A DNA stretch of 64,000 nt. Origin: Podarcis tiliguerta (taxonomy: Eukaryota). A model generated the notes under the pieces. The model saw nothing but the letters and a program-made list of their open reading frames with translations, searched no databases and was not told the origin of the DNA. Position numbers and translations under genes: made by a program. Of this stretch, positions 1 to 13,289 are shown in pieces (position 1 is the first letter of the stretch; the number at the start of each line of letters is the position of its first letter). The stretch lies in the NCBI GenBank assembly GCA_965153285.1, contig OZ229116.1; one strand, given 5' to 3'.

Positions 1-103
1 GGACAGAGGCCCTCCTTCTCCCTCGGACCCCCGCAGGTAACGGGAGAGGGCGGCCAAAGAGAGGGGAGGGTCCCGGGGAGCAGCCCCCCCCCCCCGTCTC
101 TCA

Positions 104-274
<171 letters not shown>

Positions 275-439
275 CTATCCGGGCCGCCGTAGAGGGAGGG
301 GGCTGGGGAATATAGAGATAGGAAAGAAGAATGTAGAGATATGGAGAAAAGGGTAGAGTGGGGCGAAGACGCAGATAGAGATAAGGGATTTGGAGAAATG
401 CACAGGTCAGGTTAATTGGCAAAAAGCAAATAAGAGATA

Positions 440-1805
440 CGGAGGCGCAGGTTACAGCAACAGCAAGGCGACATTTTTCCACCTTCGCCGCATCAAGCAG
501 TTGGTCCCTTACCTTTCCCGCCCCGACCATTTCTTCAACCAAATTTTAGGTTCCTCATAGGTCGTAGAAATGACTTGGTTTGACATTGTGGAGGCTTGCC
601 GAAGGTTCCCGCAGAAGCAGACTGAAGTTGATGTTTGTGTGTGCTTTATTTTACAGTATTAAAAATGCCTAGCTTCGGATAATTTCGGTCAATCTGGACG
701 TAGGACGTAAATGTATGTGACTGGTTGTCTTTTTCATCTTGCCAATGCCACCGCTTCAGGTTTCCTCAGAGGCAAATAGTCCCGCAAAAGCAAACAAGCA
801 AAACCCACCCCAAGCTGCTTATTTGAAATTCATGAGTACTCCAAGTCTGAACTCCCATGTTTAAGGGGGGGGGGCTGTTTCTGTGGTTCACTAATAAATA
901 GGCAAAATTCAGTGGTGTGTAGGAAAAGAAGCATTTGCCCAGTAGCTTTCATTCTTAGACAGCCGCTCAACTTTGCTCTAAAACTAATTTGTTAGATGGT
1001 CAGACATGAAGGCTATGCAGACCTCTGCTTGCATTGTCCCATGAGGAATCTGAGGGAAGTATATTTTATTAAATACAGGCATTGTATTTAATATTGTACA
1101 TACCTTTCCCGCCCCGACCTGGCCACAGTGATCCATGCGACGGTCACCTCCAGGCTTGACTACTGTAATTCGTTCTACGCAGGGCTGCCCTTGAAGCTGT
1201 CCCAGAAACTGCAGCGGGTGCAGAATGCCGCGGCGAGGCTCCTCACGGGGTCCTTGCCGCAGAATCACATTCATCCAGTACTTTACCAACTGCACTGGCT
1301 CCCGGTGGAGTACAGGGTCAGATTTAAGGTGCTGCTTTTGACCTTTAAAGCCCTTCACGGCCTAGACTCTTGTACCTACGGGACCGTCTCTCCCGGTATG
1401 CCCCACAGAGAGCCTCAAGGTCCATAAATAGCAACACCCTAGAGGTCCCGGGCCCTAAGGAAGTTAGATTAGCTTCAACCAGAGCCAGGGCCTTTTCAAC
1501 CCTGGCTCCGGCCTGGTGGAACGCTCTGCCTCATGAGACCAGGGCCCTGCAGGATCTGATTTCTTTCCGCAGGACCTGTACGACAGAGTTGTTCCGCCTG
1601 GCCTTTGGCTTGGAGTCAATCTGATTCCCTCCCCCTCTTTCCCCCCCCTTTCTCCTCCTGTGATGAGGCTGCATTTTAATGTTGTATTTTAATCTTGTTT
1701 TTAAGTTGTATCCATTCAACTTGTTTTTATTATTGGTTGTTAGCCACCCTGAGCCCGGCCTTGGCTAGGGAGGGCGGAGTATAAATAAAATTTATGATGA
1801 TGATG
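440..1805 (+). mobile_element. 5'-truncated L2-type LINE (ORF2 C-terminus plus 3' UTR), interrupted at 529-1100
   Basis: Translates ...FFHLRRIKQLVPYLSRPD | LATVIHATVTSRLDYCNSFYAGLP...LHWLPV..RFKVLLLTFKAL; AATAAA and (ATG)n tail. Confidence 0.85.
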
Positions 1806-2399
1806 AAGAAACTGGAGAAACGCACAGGCCAATTGGCCAAAGGCAGATAGAGATAAGGAATCAAGACAAACGCAGAGGCCAATGGGCAAAAAGCCAGTGC
1901 TTCCCTTCAGGCTGCCCTGGGGGCTTTTGAAGGTGGCTCCACGATGTGAATTAGAAAATGTCACCACCGTAATTTATATCGCCACGAGCAAGCTGGGTGA
2001 CCTTGGGGCCAGTCCCCTGCTATCCACCACCCAGGATAAAACAGGGGCAGCAGGGTGGTGAAGGGAAACCATGTGCATTGGTAGCACCAAATGCTGCGAA
2101 TTAATCAAATACATTAAATCAATAAAGGGTTTTTTTTTGGTTTTTTGTTGCTTTGTTACATTTCCATGCCGCATCTCCACGCGAATCCCCGAAGCGGCTT
2201 GCCAACATTAAATTAACGAGAACATGCTAGGAGATAATGGAACACCACAAATGCAGCATAAATCATATTTGAAAATCAACTATCGCTGCATTATATATAA
2301 CGTTCAGTATAATTTAAATGCGATGGATAATAATACAGAAAATGCCAAAGGAATAGAGACAAGGGGCCATAGAGATACATTTCTAAGTGTGGCGGATAG

Positions 2400-3000
2400 A
2401 GCGGCACCCTCCTCTATGGTCCATTCGGCCTTCTTACGCGCCTACCCAGCATACGGCTAGCGCTCAAAGGGAAACCGGAAGTGACGTGGGCGCGTCTGCA
2501 TTCTATGGGAGGAGAGAGAGAAGGAGAGAGAGAGAGGCGCGCGGGCCTCAGTCGCCGTCGTCATGAGCCGCTTCAAGTTCATTGGTGAGGACGGTTGCCT
2601 GGGCAACTGGGGGGGGGTGTTCCTTTGCGTCCGCAAAGAGGGCGCCGGGCCTAGTCGCTCAGGGGCAGCCCTTCGAGTTGGGGGGCGGCTGCGGAACCGG
2701 CCGAAGGGACCCCCCCAGGCGCGCTTACTCCGCGGCAAGCCCCGTCGTTGTCAGTGGAGCTTGCTCCCGGGGTTGGGGATCGCAGCCTTGCTCCCCTGAG
2801 AGGAACCTGCAGGTGCGCGCAGGGCGATCCTGTGCTCGTTGGCTGGGGAGCAAGCCCCCCCCCCCAGTCACAATTCCGGTTCTGCGCATGCTTACTCAGA
2901 AGCAGGGCCCGTCGATTTCATCCATTCATTTCTTATTTGTGTTATATGGGGCTTGCTTCTGGGTACCCCGGCGTGCAAAGCCGGAGCCGTAACGGGGTAG
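2400..3000 (+). promoter_or_regulatory. TATDN1 CpG-island promoter with overlapping ETS/CRE motif ACCGGAAGTGACGT (2474-2487)
   Basis: CpG-dense; GABP/ELK consensus fused to a half-CRE about 80 nt upstream of the ATG. Confidence 0.6.
2563..2584 (+). CDS. TATDN1: TATDN1 exon 1 (MSRFKFI)
   Basis: ATG in gtcgtcATGA context, donor GTGAGG. Confidence 0.93.
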
Positions 3001-6000
3001 CTCCTTCTCTGCTTTGCTTGTATCTCACAAATGCACACAAGAGACCTTTTGTTTTTGCTGCAAGCAGTCAGATTTCTGCAGAGATCTAATCCGTTTGCGG
3101 TATTTGGCTACAAATGAACACAGGAGACAGTTCCAACCCTTTCCCTCACATCCTGCAGCGATTCCCCTGCAGCCATTGCCAGATGAGAATCTGTATTTAG
3201 TGGCTTCTCTTGCGGGGTTAGTACCTGCATGCATTTGACTCTCCCTGTCATTTGCTGATTTGGCAGGTGTATTGTGTATACTGACTCCACTGAGAAGAGC
3301 ATTGCACATGAGGTGGCCTGAAAATTCTGGCCTTGGTGTTTTTTCATGAATGAGCCGCTGCAGATTATACAAGCTGTCACGTGATACATGTACCAATGTA
3401 TTATTATTAGCATTATTGTTTTTATTTTATTTCTATACCATTTTATATGTTTAAGAAAAACCTCAAAGGGGCTTACAACACATTAAAACATCAAATAAAA
3501 CAATCCAGAATGAAACATAGCAGGTACATGCAAGACAGCCCTCGTTCCATAAGAAAGGTTTTGCAGGCTTTTTAAAGGGATCCTCTCCTAGTACAGACTC
3601 CGGCCTTTAACAGCAACCAGTATATATCTAAAGCATAGAGTCATAGTTTCATCACATGTCGGGGACCCATCAGATCTTCTGACATCTTGAAACTGCTGGT
3701 GACGAGCCTTTCAGATGATGATGGACTCCAACTCCCATCATCCCCAGGCAGCATAGACAATGATCCAAGTTGAGGATACTAATTTATTTCTCTCTCTCTC
3801 TCTCTCTAGATATCGGTGTTAATTTAACTGATCCTATGTTCAAAGGCATATACAGAGGTACTCAAAAGCATCAAGGTAAATATTCTGTCTGTTTCTTTAA
3901 TGGCTCCTTCTGTAGTCCTCATATCCCCAGATATTCACTGTATGCATCTGCAAGGGACATTTTCTTTCAGGTTACACTTTTTGGGGTCCCCCCATTCCCA
4001 GAGAGTGACATTATTATTATTATTAGTTATTAAAACTGGACTTTCATCCTGCTCTTGTCTCCCACCCATCATTTTGAAAGAAAAAACCCACTAGGGTGGT
4101 AATTCAATGCAGTTTTACTCAGAGTACACCCATTATAATTATTGAACATGACTGATTAATTGAAATGGATCTGATCTGAGTAATAATTGAGTATATATAA
4201 TTGATCTGAGTTACTCCTTAACTGAAGGCAACAATCTTTTGCATATCTTACTTGGGAGGAAGTCCTATTCAGTTCAGTATGGCTTCTAAGTAGACATGTG
4301 TAAAATTGCGCTGTAAAGCCACAGTCCTTAACACTCTTAGCTGGGAGTAAGCCTCAGTTAACACAGTGGGACTCTCTTCTAAGCATGCATGCATAGGGTT
4401 GTGCTGTAAGGCTGCAATTCTGTTAATACTTTCTTGGGAGTACGCTGCATTGGACTCAGTATTTTTGAATAAGCATGCTTAGTGTTGTGCCTTTGAAGTG
4501 TGCTATCTGACAATCATACTGAGAGTAGACCCACTGAAAACTAAAGCTACTTGTGATGTAACTTCAGTGTGAGTCTTTTCTCAGTATGACTTAGTCACAT
4601 TGCGCCACCCTAAGACTTGAGTTTCAGCAAATCTCCAGATGGAGAGTACAGTATTCAGTTGCTGAAGGGAAACTATCAAAAATGCCATGCTGCAAGACCA
4701 AGAAGCTCTAATGAAGCATAGATGATTAAGAAGTCAATTTCTGGCAGTTGGTGGAGCATGCATATGGAGATGATCACTTATATATGTTGAATATGTTCCT
4801 AGGGAAAATATTTATCAAGGAAAACTTGATGAATCACAATCCTCAAATCACTTGAGAGTGGTACTGCTTGTGGAGGAAATTACTTTCAATGATCTTCAAA
4901 GAATCTGAGGTATAGTCCTTCCTAGTCAATAAGGATATCTATGCCGCTTAATGGAGATAGCACAGTTTGATTGACCATTACTGCTGTAAAGTTGCAGGAA
5001 AAGGAAAGGAAATGTAGGAGCTGCTGCACACCTGAGGCTGTTAAAGGTTCCAGAAATAGACATGGCCATAGGAATGCTTTAAATTAAGGATTTCAGTTCT
5101 GTCTTTTTGCAGATGACTTCTTGGATGTGGTGGCTAGAGCGGTCAAAACTGGTGTTAAAAAGGTACATTTGTTCTTCAAAGGTTTTGGGTAGTGTGTTTT
5201 GTGTTAAATTTCAGTTGTTTCTGTTGACTTTTGATATCTGTGTTTTTCGAGATATAAATGAATCCTAACATTTAGAAACTAGCACTTAAGTAAACTTTCT
5301 TTTTTATTATTCCAGTTCATGATTACAGGTGGAAGTTTGCAAGATAGCAAAGATGCACTTCAGCTGGCACAGACAAATGGTATTTGCCTCTTTATGTTAT
5401 ATAGCTTTCAATGGAATGCTTTAATTATCCTGTACAGTGGTACCTCGGGTTAAGAACTTAATTTGTCCTGGAGGTCCGTTCTTAACCTGAAACTGTTCTT
5501 AACCTGAAGCACCACTTTAGCTAATGGTGTTTCCTGCTGCTGCCGCACTGCTGCTACGCGATTTCTGTTCTCATCCTGAAGCACAGTTCTTAACCCGAGG
5601 TACTATTCCTGGGTTAGCGGAGTCTGTAACCTGAAGCGTATGTAACCCGAGGTACCACTGTATTTAACATTTAAAATGACCAAAGCCAATATGCACCAGT
5701 TCAGTCCAAAGAATTATGAGCAGAAGGAATGCTTTTCACACACCATTCCTTTGGGGCAGTTGGCTCTCTCGACCTAACGCACTGCTGCTAGGTCTGATGT
5801 CTTGTCAAGTGAACCCTGCATAGAGTCACACACAGAAAGGGAGATGAGTCAGGTGATCACTTGCTTTGTGGTCTTTGCAGAGCTTAGGTAACCACCTGCT
5901 CACAATCTTATCTGCTATGCTGTGTGTCTCAAGTGACACTCTGCCATTCCAAGGCTGGTTTCATGACCACAGGAACTACCGGTACCTTATTCAAAAGTGA

Positions 6001-9000
6001 GTAAGTTAATTTAAAAGTTGAGTTAAAGAAAGCTTTGTACTGATGTACAGAATTTTACGTTGTCTTTCAAATCTGTAGGGTGCCTCCCTGCTCCATGAAG
6101 CCCTTACTTCTTGAGTTCCCAGGTTTTCACTCCCAGGTCCTAAGTACATGTAACAACATATCCTTGCATTCAGCCTCTGTTACCATTGCATCTGCTCACC
6201 ATCAGGCTTTAGGATGCAAGTTCTTTGGGGGCTGGAGACTGGAACGCTTATGCGGTGATGCACCCTGCACTTTGACAAGCGTTCTAGCAATAATAACCCA
6301 CACGTTCATGTCGTTTGTTTTCAGACATGTTTTATAGTACTGTTGGCTGCCACCCCACCCGCTGTGGAGAGTTTGAACAGAGCAACCCTGAGCAGTACTT
6401 AGCAGAGCTGCAAGGTCTAGCTGAGAAAAATAAAGGGAAGGTCATAGCAATTGGAGAGTGTGGCTTGGGTAAGTAGCAACCAAGTGGCTTGGCAGTGATG
6501 TTTCCTTCCTGGCAATTCAAAAGCCAGTTAATTGTTTGTCAATTCTCTCTTCCAGATTTTGACAGATTAGAATTCTGCACTAAGGACACTCAACTCAAGT
6601 AAGAGAGATTTACTTAACGCATAAGAGAAACTGCATCCTTCATATTTTTTAACAGTGTTGTTTTTATTATCAAGGATTTTCTCCCAGTGACAGCCATTGG
6701 AAGCCAAGGAACAGTTGCTCTTCCTCCCCATCACCCCAAATGGATATAATAACCAAGGAGAAACAGTCACCACTTCCCTGTTCTTCCCTAAATGGCCTAC
6801 AGGTCACACCAAACCCCTGACTGCCTCTTCACGTGGCTGAACCATCCCATTGCTTCCACCACATCATTCATTGGAACTTGCAGTGGCTGGCTGGTGCTTT
6901 GATTCCATGGGTGGTGTTTTTGCAATCCATATGTGCACAAATCATCATAAAGCATGATGGCAGGGCCCAGAACACCAGCCCTCGAGTAGAAGTTGTGCAT
7001 GCCAGGTGACCAAAGGATGGGAAGTTGCAGTGCTGAGTTAAATTGAACAGGATGCGGGTGGCGCTGTGGGTTAAACCACAGAGCCTAGGACTTGCCGATC
7101 AGAAGGTCGGCGGTTCAAATCCCCGCAACGGGGTGAGCTCCCGTTGCTCGGGCCTTGCTCCTGCCAACCTAGCAGTTCGAAAGCACATCAGAGTGCAAGT
7201 AGATAAATAGGTACTGCTCTAGCAGGAAGGTAAACGGTGTTTCTGTGCGCTGCTCTGGTTTGCCAGAAGCGGCTTAGTCATGCTGGCCACATGACCTGGA
7301 AGCTGTACTCCGGCTCCCTCGGCCAAGAAAGTGAGATGAGCGCCGCAACCCCAGAGTCGGTCACGACTGGACCTAATTGTCAGGGGTCCCTTTACCTTAC
7401 TGGGTGGAGGGGTCACTGGATGCTATCGCTACTGAGTGCACAAGGCGCTGGTTGCTGTAATGTTAATCTTGGGCACAGTTTGACTGCAGAAAAGCACTGA
7501 AGTAAAATGGAAAGAGAATGAACTAGGTGCAAAAGCCAAGGAATTCAACATGAAACAACACATGCCAATAAAAGCTAGTTGGGGGAAGCTGTGATCCATC
7601 AGTTGCTGCTGGACTCAACACCCATCAGCCTCAGCCAGTATGGCTAATAATGGTCAAAGATGATGGTATCTGCAATGCAGAAACAGCTTGGGAGGGCCCA
7701 GGTTCCCATTCTCTGGTGTAATAAGCTTAAGGATGTGAGCTTTGGCTGGCAGGATTAGAATGTTGAATCTAGCATTCCAACAGCCAAACAGATGGCTCTG
7801 GATGTCCACAAGCCGGGCAGAGGTGTGGTAGCCATCTCTTAATTGCCCCCAGAACCTGGTTACCAAGATGCATAACTGCATCTGAACATGGAGGCTTCCA
7901 TTTCCTGCATTGCTGGGGGTTGGACTAGATGACCCTTGGCGTCCCTTCCAATTCTTTGACTCCATGATTTCACGGTCCTTCCTTAATCGTTCCACAAATG
8001 TTTCTGACAATCCCCAGTATTTGCTGCCACTGCGTTTTTGATGGCAGCTCAGAAGACAGTGCTGACAACCGACAGTCATCTGTGTGATATTTATGCTCTT
8101 CTGCATAGGGGGAGACCCAGCATCAGTCATGGCAGCACAGTTGGTTAGCTAGGATTCTTTCACAATTCAAAGGTAAACTATGACTGTGTAATGTTTGGTC
8201 TGACACTTGCACATCACACGATGCAAACACAACCTCCTGTCGTAAGGTGATACAGTCGTACCTCGGAAGTCGAATACCTTGCGAGCCAAACTTTTTGGCT
8301 CCCTAGTGCCACAGGCCCAGAAGTGACTGTTCTGGTTTGTGAACATTCTTTGGAACCTGAACGTCCGGTGCAGGTTCCACGGGTTCTGATTGGCTACAGG
8401 AGCTTGCTGCAGCCAATCAGAAGCCACACCTTGGTTTCCAAATGTTTTGGAAGTTGAACAGACTTGCGGAATGTATTCCGTTTGACTTCCGAGGTATGAC
8501 TGTATTTTAACAGCATTGCTTTTCTTGGCAACATCCATAGGCGGCCTGGCTTTTGACCATTCCTCGCTTAGGCTTGTATCCTGGTCTAATGGCTTTGAAA
8601 CATAATTTTGCTGCTGTTACAAAGCAGGCATGGCCCTCCAAAATCCCCCCACCCCACCCAAGCACTTCTTTAAGTCTCCTTCTGGCCTTAATGAAATATC
8701 AGCCACTGAAAATGTATGTGTTGTGGCTGTAACATTAGGAAGCCACTTTCTAGATCACCCCACTGCACGGAAAGCCACTATAAATGCGCAGTCCTAGCCG
8801 GTATGGACAGAGGTGGTGAGAGAAATGCTGCCCTCGACCCTTGGAAGAACCTGCTGGTTTTAGCACTGTGGTACACTAAGATCTGGAGAGAAAAGATCCC
8901 CCTTGAGGTGCTCTCCAAAGAGCAGGGAGGGGGATCTTTTGCCTCCCGATTTTAGCACTACACACCAGCATTGCTAGACACCCTCACCCTGCCACTCGAG

Positions 9001-9468
9001 TGGGAAAGGCAGGAAATGATGGTTTGCGTGTGTCTCTGCGTCTGTCTCCAGGTGAGTTTGTGGGGAAGAGTGTGAGCCTGGGAGAATGCTCTGTGCCTTC
9101 ATATATGTTGGGTGCATGTGCTGTATGTGGGGTGAATGTGCATGTCTGAATATATGTTCATGTGGTCCGTGTGTGTGTGTGTATACACTCGCTTATAAAT
9201 TGACAATAGCCACCACGGGCGTGTGTCCCTGGAATGGGAGGCTGACTGTCAGTGTGGCCTTCAAGCCACAAAAGCTTAGCCACTCCCGGTCTAGAATCAT
9301 TTTCTTATCGAGAAATCACACAAAACCTGGCATGATGTTGCCAATATGAAACATTTTCAAATCCTATTGAGTTTAAAGTTAAGCACATGCTTAACCTTCC
9401 CATAGAACTAAATGGGACTTAAAAGTGTTCCCTTCTGGCAGGATTATGTCTGCACCTAAATAATAATA

Positions 9469-9521
<53 letters not shown>

Positions 9522-12500
9522 CAACAACAACAACCACCGCTCCATTCTTTCTAACGCTTTAAACCATTTAGATAATCTATAGCTGAGATTTCATTAAATG
9601 TAGGGATGTTTCTGTTTATTTCTTTTCAGGTATTTTGAAAAACAATTCGATTTATCTGAGCAAACAAAATTACCGATGTTTCTGCACTGCAGGAATTCAC
9701 ATCCAGAATTTGTAGGTGGGTTTTGCAAAAGAATACTTTTTTAAAAAATGTAGAAATCTCTGGGCTTTTTAATGTAAAATATTCTCCTTTCACACAGATA
9801 TAATGAGGCGAAACAGAGAGAGGTGTGTGGGAGGAGTGGTAAGTGCCCGATGTTCAGTTGTGTTTCTTTTCAGCATCAACTTCTTTGTGATAAAAGTTTA
9901 TTTTATAAACAGATATCTCACTTTTCATGTGTTTCAAAGTAGCTGAAAACTAAAACATGCAATGCTTTCTAGTTGCCCTCGGTAAAATTATCCCGTGAGC
10001 AAGCACTTTAAGGTCGGGGTCTAGTCTGAAATTTACAGGTAGATTCGTTTTGTGGACCAGATGACTAGTTCTACTTCATTACTCTGAAATCCACATCCTT
10101 TTTTAAGTGTTGTGAATGTGATTGTCACCTTTTTCCTACAGACACATTGAACAGGGAAGGGCCGCTCCCTGTTGAGTATATACTATGTGAAACCCAAGTT
10201 TGCCTCTGCATAGTGTGCAAAATGACCTGTACAGATTTAGTTCAGCTGGGCTTATTCCTAAATAAGTGGGCATAGTCTTGCAGCCTTTGAAATGAACAGT
10301 GTGTTCACATTATCTCACGATGGAATAATGGCGGTTGTGTGACATAGCTGTGAAATAGAGTGGGGTTTCCCAAACCAGGGTCTGCAGTTGTTTTTGGACT
10401 ACAACCCCCATCATACCTGACCCCTGGTCCTGCTAGCTAGGGATGATGGGAGTTGTAGTCCAAAAACAGCTGCAGTGGGGATGAATGGCGTGACCTGTAC
10501 CACATACACAAGCAATGGGCCTGTCCTGGCAGCTAAGCTACAGTGCCTTTTGCATCAGAGGCAAGGTAGGGGGAGCTGTCTTTCAGCCTCCTTGAATGGG
10601 GCTGCTGGTCTCATTGCCTTCTACTCGTTAGATTAAATCAAAGATCTTTGATTTAACTGAATTCCTGACCAGGCCACAGATGGTTCTACCCCACAGCATG
10701 GACTTCGTTGATTGGCTCTTATTGGTTAAGGGCCCCATACATACACATGCTCACTTTGGGTGGCAAAAATTATCAGCGCTTGTGTGCACACGGCTAGCAA
10801 ATACTATTCAGAAATATCAATTGGCTTTGGAGGAATGCAAGAAAATGGAAAGCTTGTACTTAAGTTAGAAAAATCTCAATGCATTTATTCAGATGATAAA
10901 GGTGTATCATTACTTGTTTACAGGTACACTCTTTTGATGGCACCAAAGAGGAGGCAGCAGCTATAATAGAGTTAGATCTCTACATAGGAATAAATGGTTG
11001 GTAAGTTATTTTAGAGGGGACGCGGGTGGCGCTGTGGGTAAAACCTCAGTGCCTAGGGCTTGCAGATCGTATGGTCGGCGGTTCGAATCCCCACGGCGGG
11101 GTGAGCTCCTGTCTTTCGGTCCCAGCTCCTGCCCGCTTAGCAGTTCGAAAGCACCCATAAGTGCAAGTAGATAAATAGGTACTGCTTTATAGCGGGAAGG
11201 TAAATGGCGTTTCCGTGTGCTGCGCTGGTGCTGGCTCACCAGAGCAGCTTCGTCACACTGGCCACGTGACCCAGAAGTGTCTCCGGACAGCGCTGGCCCC
11301 CGGCCTCTTAAGTGAGATGGGCGCACAACCCTAGAGTCGGACACGACTGGCCCGTACGGGCAGGGGTACCTTTACCTTTTAAGTTATTTTAGACATCTAA
11401 TGGCTGAGGTGAAAGGTTCCTTTTTATTTTGGGATGGATACTTTAAAGCACACCTGTGCAGCTTGTGGCTCATCAAGGTGACTGCACCTCAGCCACCATG
11501 TATCGTGTTCAGACACTTCAATCCCAGGTAGGCAGTAAGAACAGCCCACCTATGAAGCATCTGCCAGACATGGGTGGCGGGCTATATATAATTTGCAGTC
11601 CTTCACATATTCTTAAGTGCTGCAATGGGCTGCCTACGGAACTTTGAATTGGACTATATATGCAAGTACCAACCACTCTTGTGTGACATCGCCAGAATCT
11701 CAGTCCCCATTAGCCTTGGTTTGGAATTGTGTACATAGCTAGAGCAACAGCTGCCAGCCAACAGAGGTGAGCTGGGTGCATGGGGGACATTTTAAACGAA
11801 AAGACAAATAGGCAAGAAGAATTAAGGGGAACCCATGGAAAGAATGGGGGAAGAGTCCTCCCAAGGCTGCTTCTGGTTTAAGAAAAAAAATCTGGAAACG
11901 TACGGAAGTTTCACACAACTGCTTGTAAATCTGGTTTCAGCCTTAGCCTAAGATAGCAATTCCATGTGCACTTTCATGAGAGTAAGCCAAACTAAATTTT
12001 GCAGGAGTGACTAAACATACTTTTTGGGGTGATTGTGCCCAGCATCTTGGATCTGGGCAGACAAGTTGCTCCTTGAATCTTGTGAAAACTTCCTTCTATT
12101 TGGACTAAATAATTTCAACAAATCATAGTGATTTTCATATTCATATTATTTCCAGTTCCCTGAAAACAGAAGCTAACTTAGAAGCAGTGAGGTCAATTCC
12201 CAGTGAAAGATTAATGCTAGAAACAGGTAAGTTGTTGTTTTATTTAATACTATTTAACATTTTACTTCCACCAATAATACCCCTTTCAAAACTGTTTCAG
12301 ATCTGGGATATATTTTGTTTGTAATCTTCTGTCTCAGTGTGCCATTTTAAGATTACTACCCAAATATATCCTAGATCGGAAACAAGTGTTGACTGGGTAC
12401 ATGCTTACTCAGCATGGCTTAGAAAAAAAGAAAAAGGTTCCTAACCTAAAGAGTAATGTCTTTTTATAGCACGGTACCTAATTCATTAGCAGTGCAGTAA

Positions 12501-13254
12501 GAAAGGAAAATCCCCTGTAAATTCTGTATTTAACAGCTCTCTTGGTCACACTATCGGTGTTGTATACCCTCCAGTCCACAAGGGGGAGTGAGCATGCTAG
12601 AAATGCCATATATTGTCACCAAAGTGAGTTGTAAGAAAGGATATTGTTCTTGGCAAGAATCAGACTAAGCAGAAAAGGCCTTGGCCTCATTCCTTAGAAG
12701 GGCTGTGTCAAGGACAGGCCAAAGGCATTTTGGTACCTGATGTGAACCAAGGAATAAGGGATGAGTGAAAGTCTACACCAGGAATGGGGAGGGGAGGGAA
12801 TAAAGATCTACATCAGGATCTGCTGCCCCTATGGATCTTGCCGCCAGAGGCAGTTGCCTCACCTTGCCTCATGAGTGGGCTGGCCCTGGTGCAGTCTTTG
12901 CCTGAGGAAATCCAGGTTGCAAAGGGGAAGAGCACACATCCTACCCTTATAGTCCACATTCTTTTCCTCCCTAGCAAATGGAACAAATCGTTGATTTTTG
13001 CATCGTAATCTGATGGAAAACCTACCTCTCATTCACACCATTGGCCAAAAGCATGGTTGCCCACTTACCTCCATTAATTGGCAGAACATAAGACTCCACT
13101 CTCTCGTAGTATTGCCAAATTGCAGCTTCCAATGGTTGGGAGGGCTATGAATACCACCCATCAGGTTGACCACCTTTGTGCTAGATCTTTGGTGACTTAA
13201 TTGTATGGCTTCCTTAAATCAAGTCATTATCAGGCATCAAAGAATCTGCTTTGC

Positions 13255-13289
<35 letters not shown>

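Noticed and set aside
4227-4492. CRISPR-like array
   Set aside because: Vertebrate DNA; units are diverged palindromic repeats without unique spacers or cas genes.
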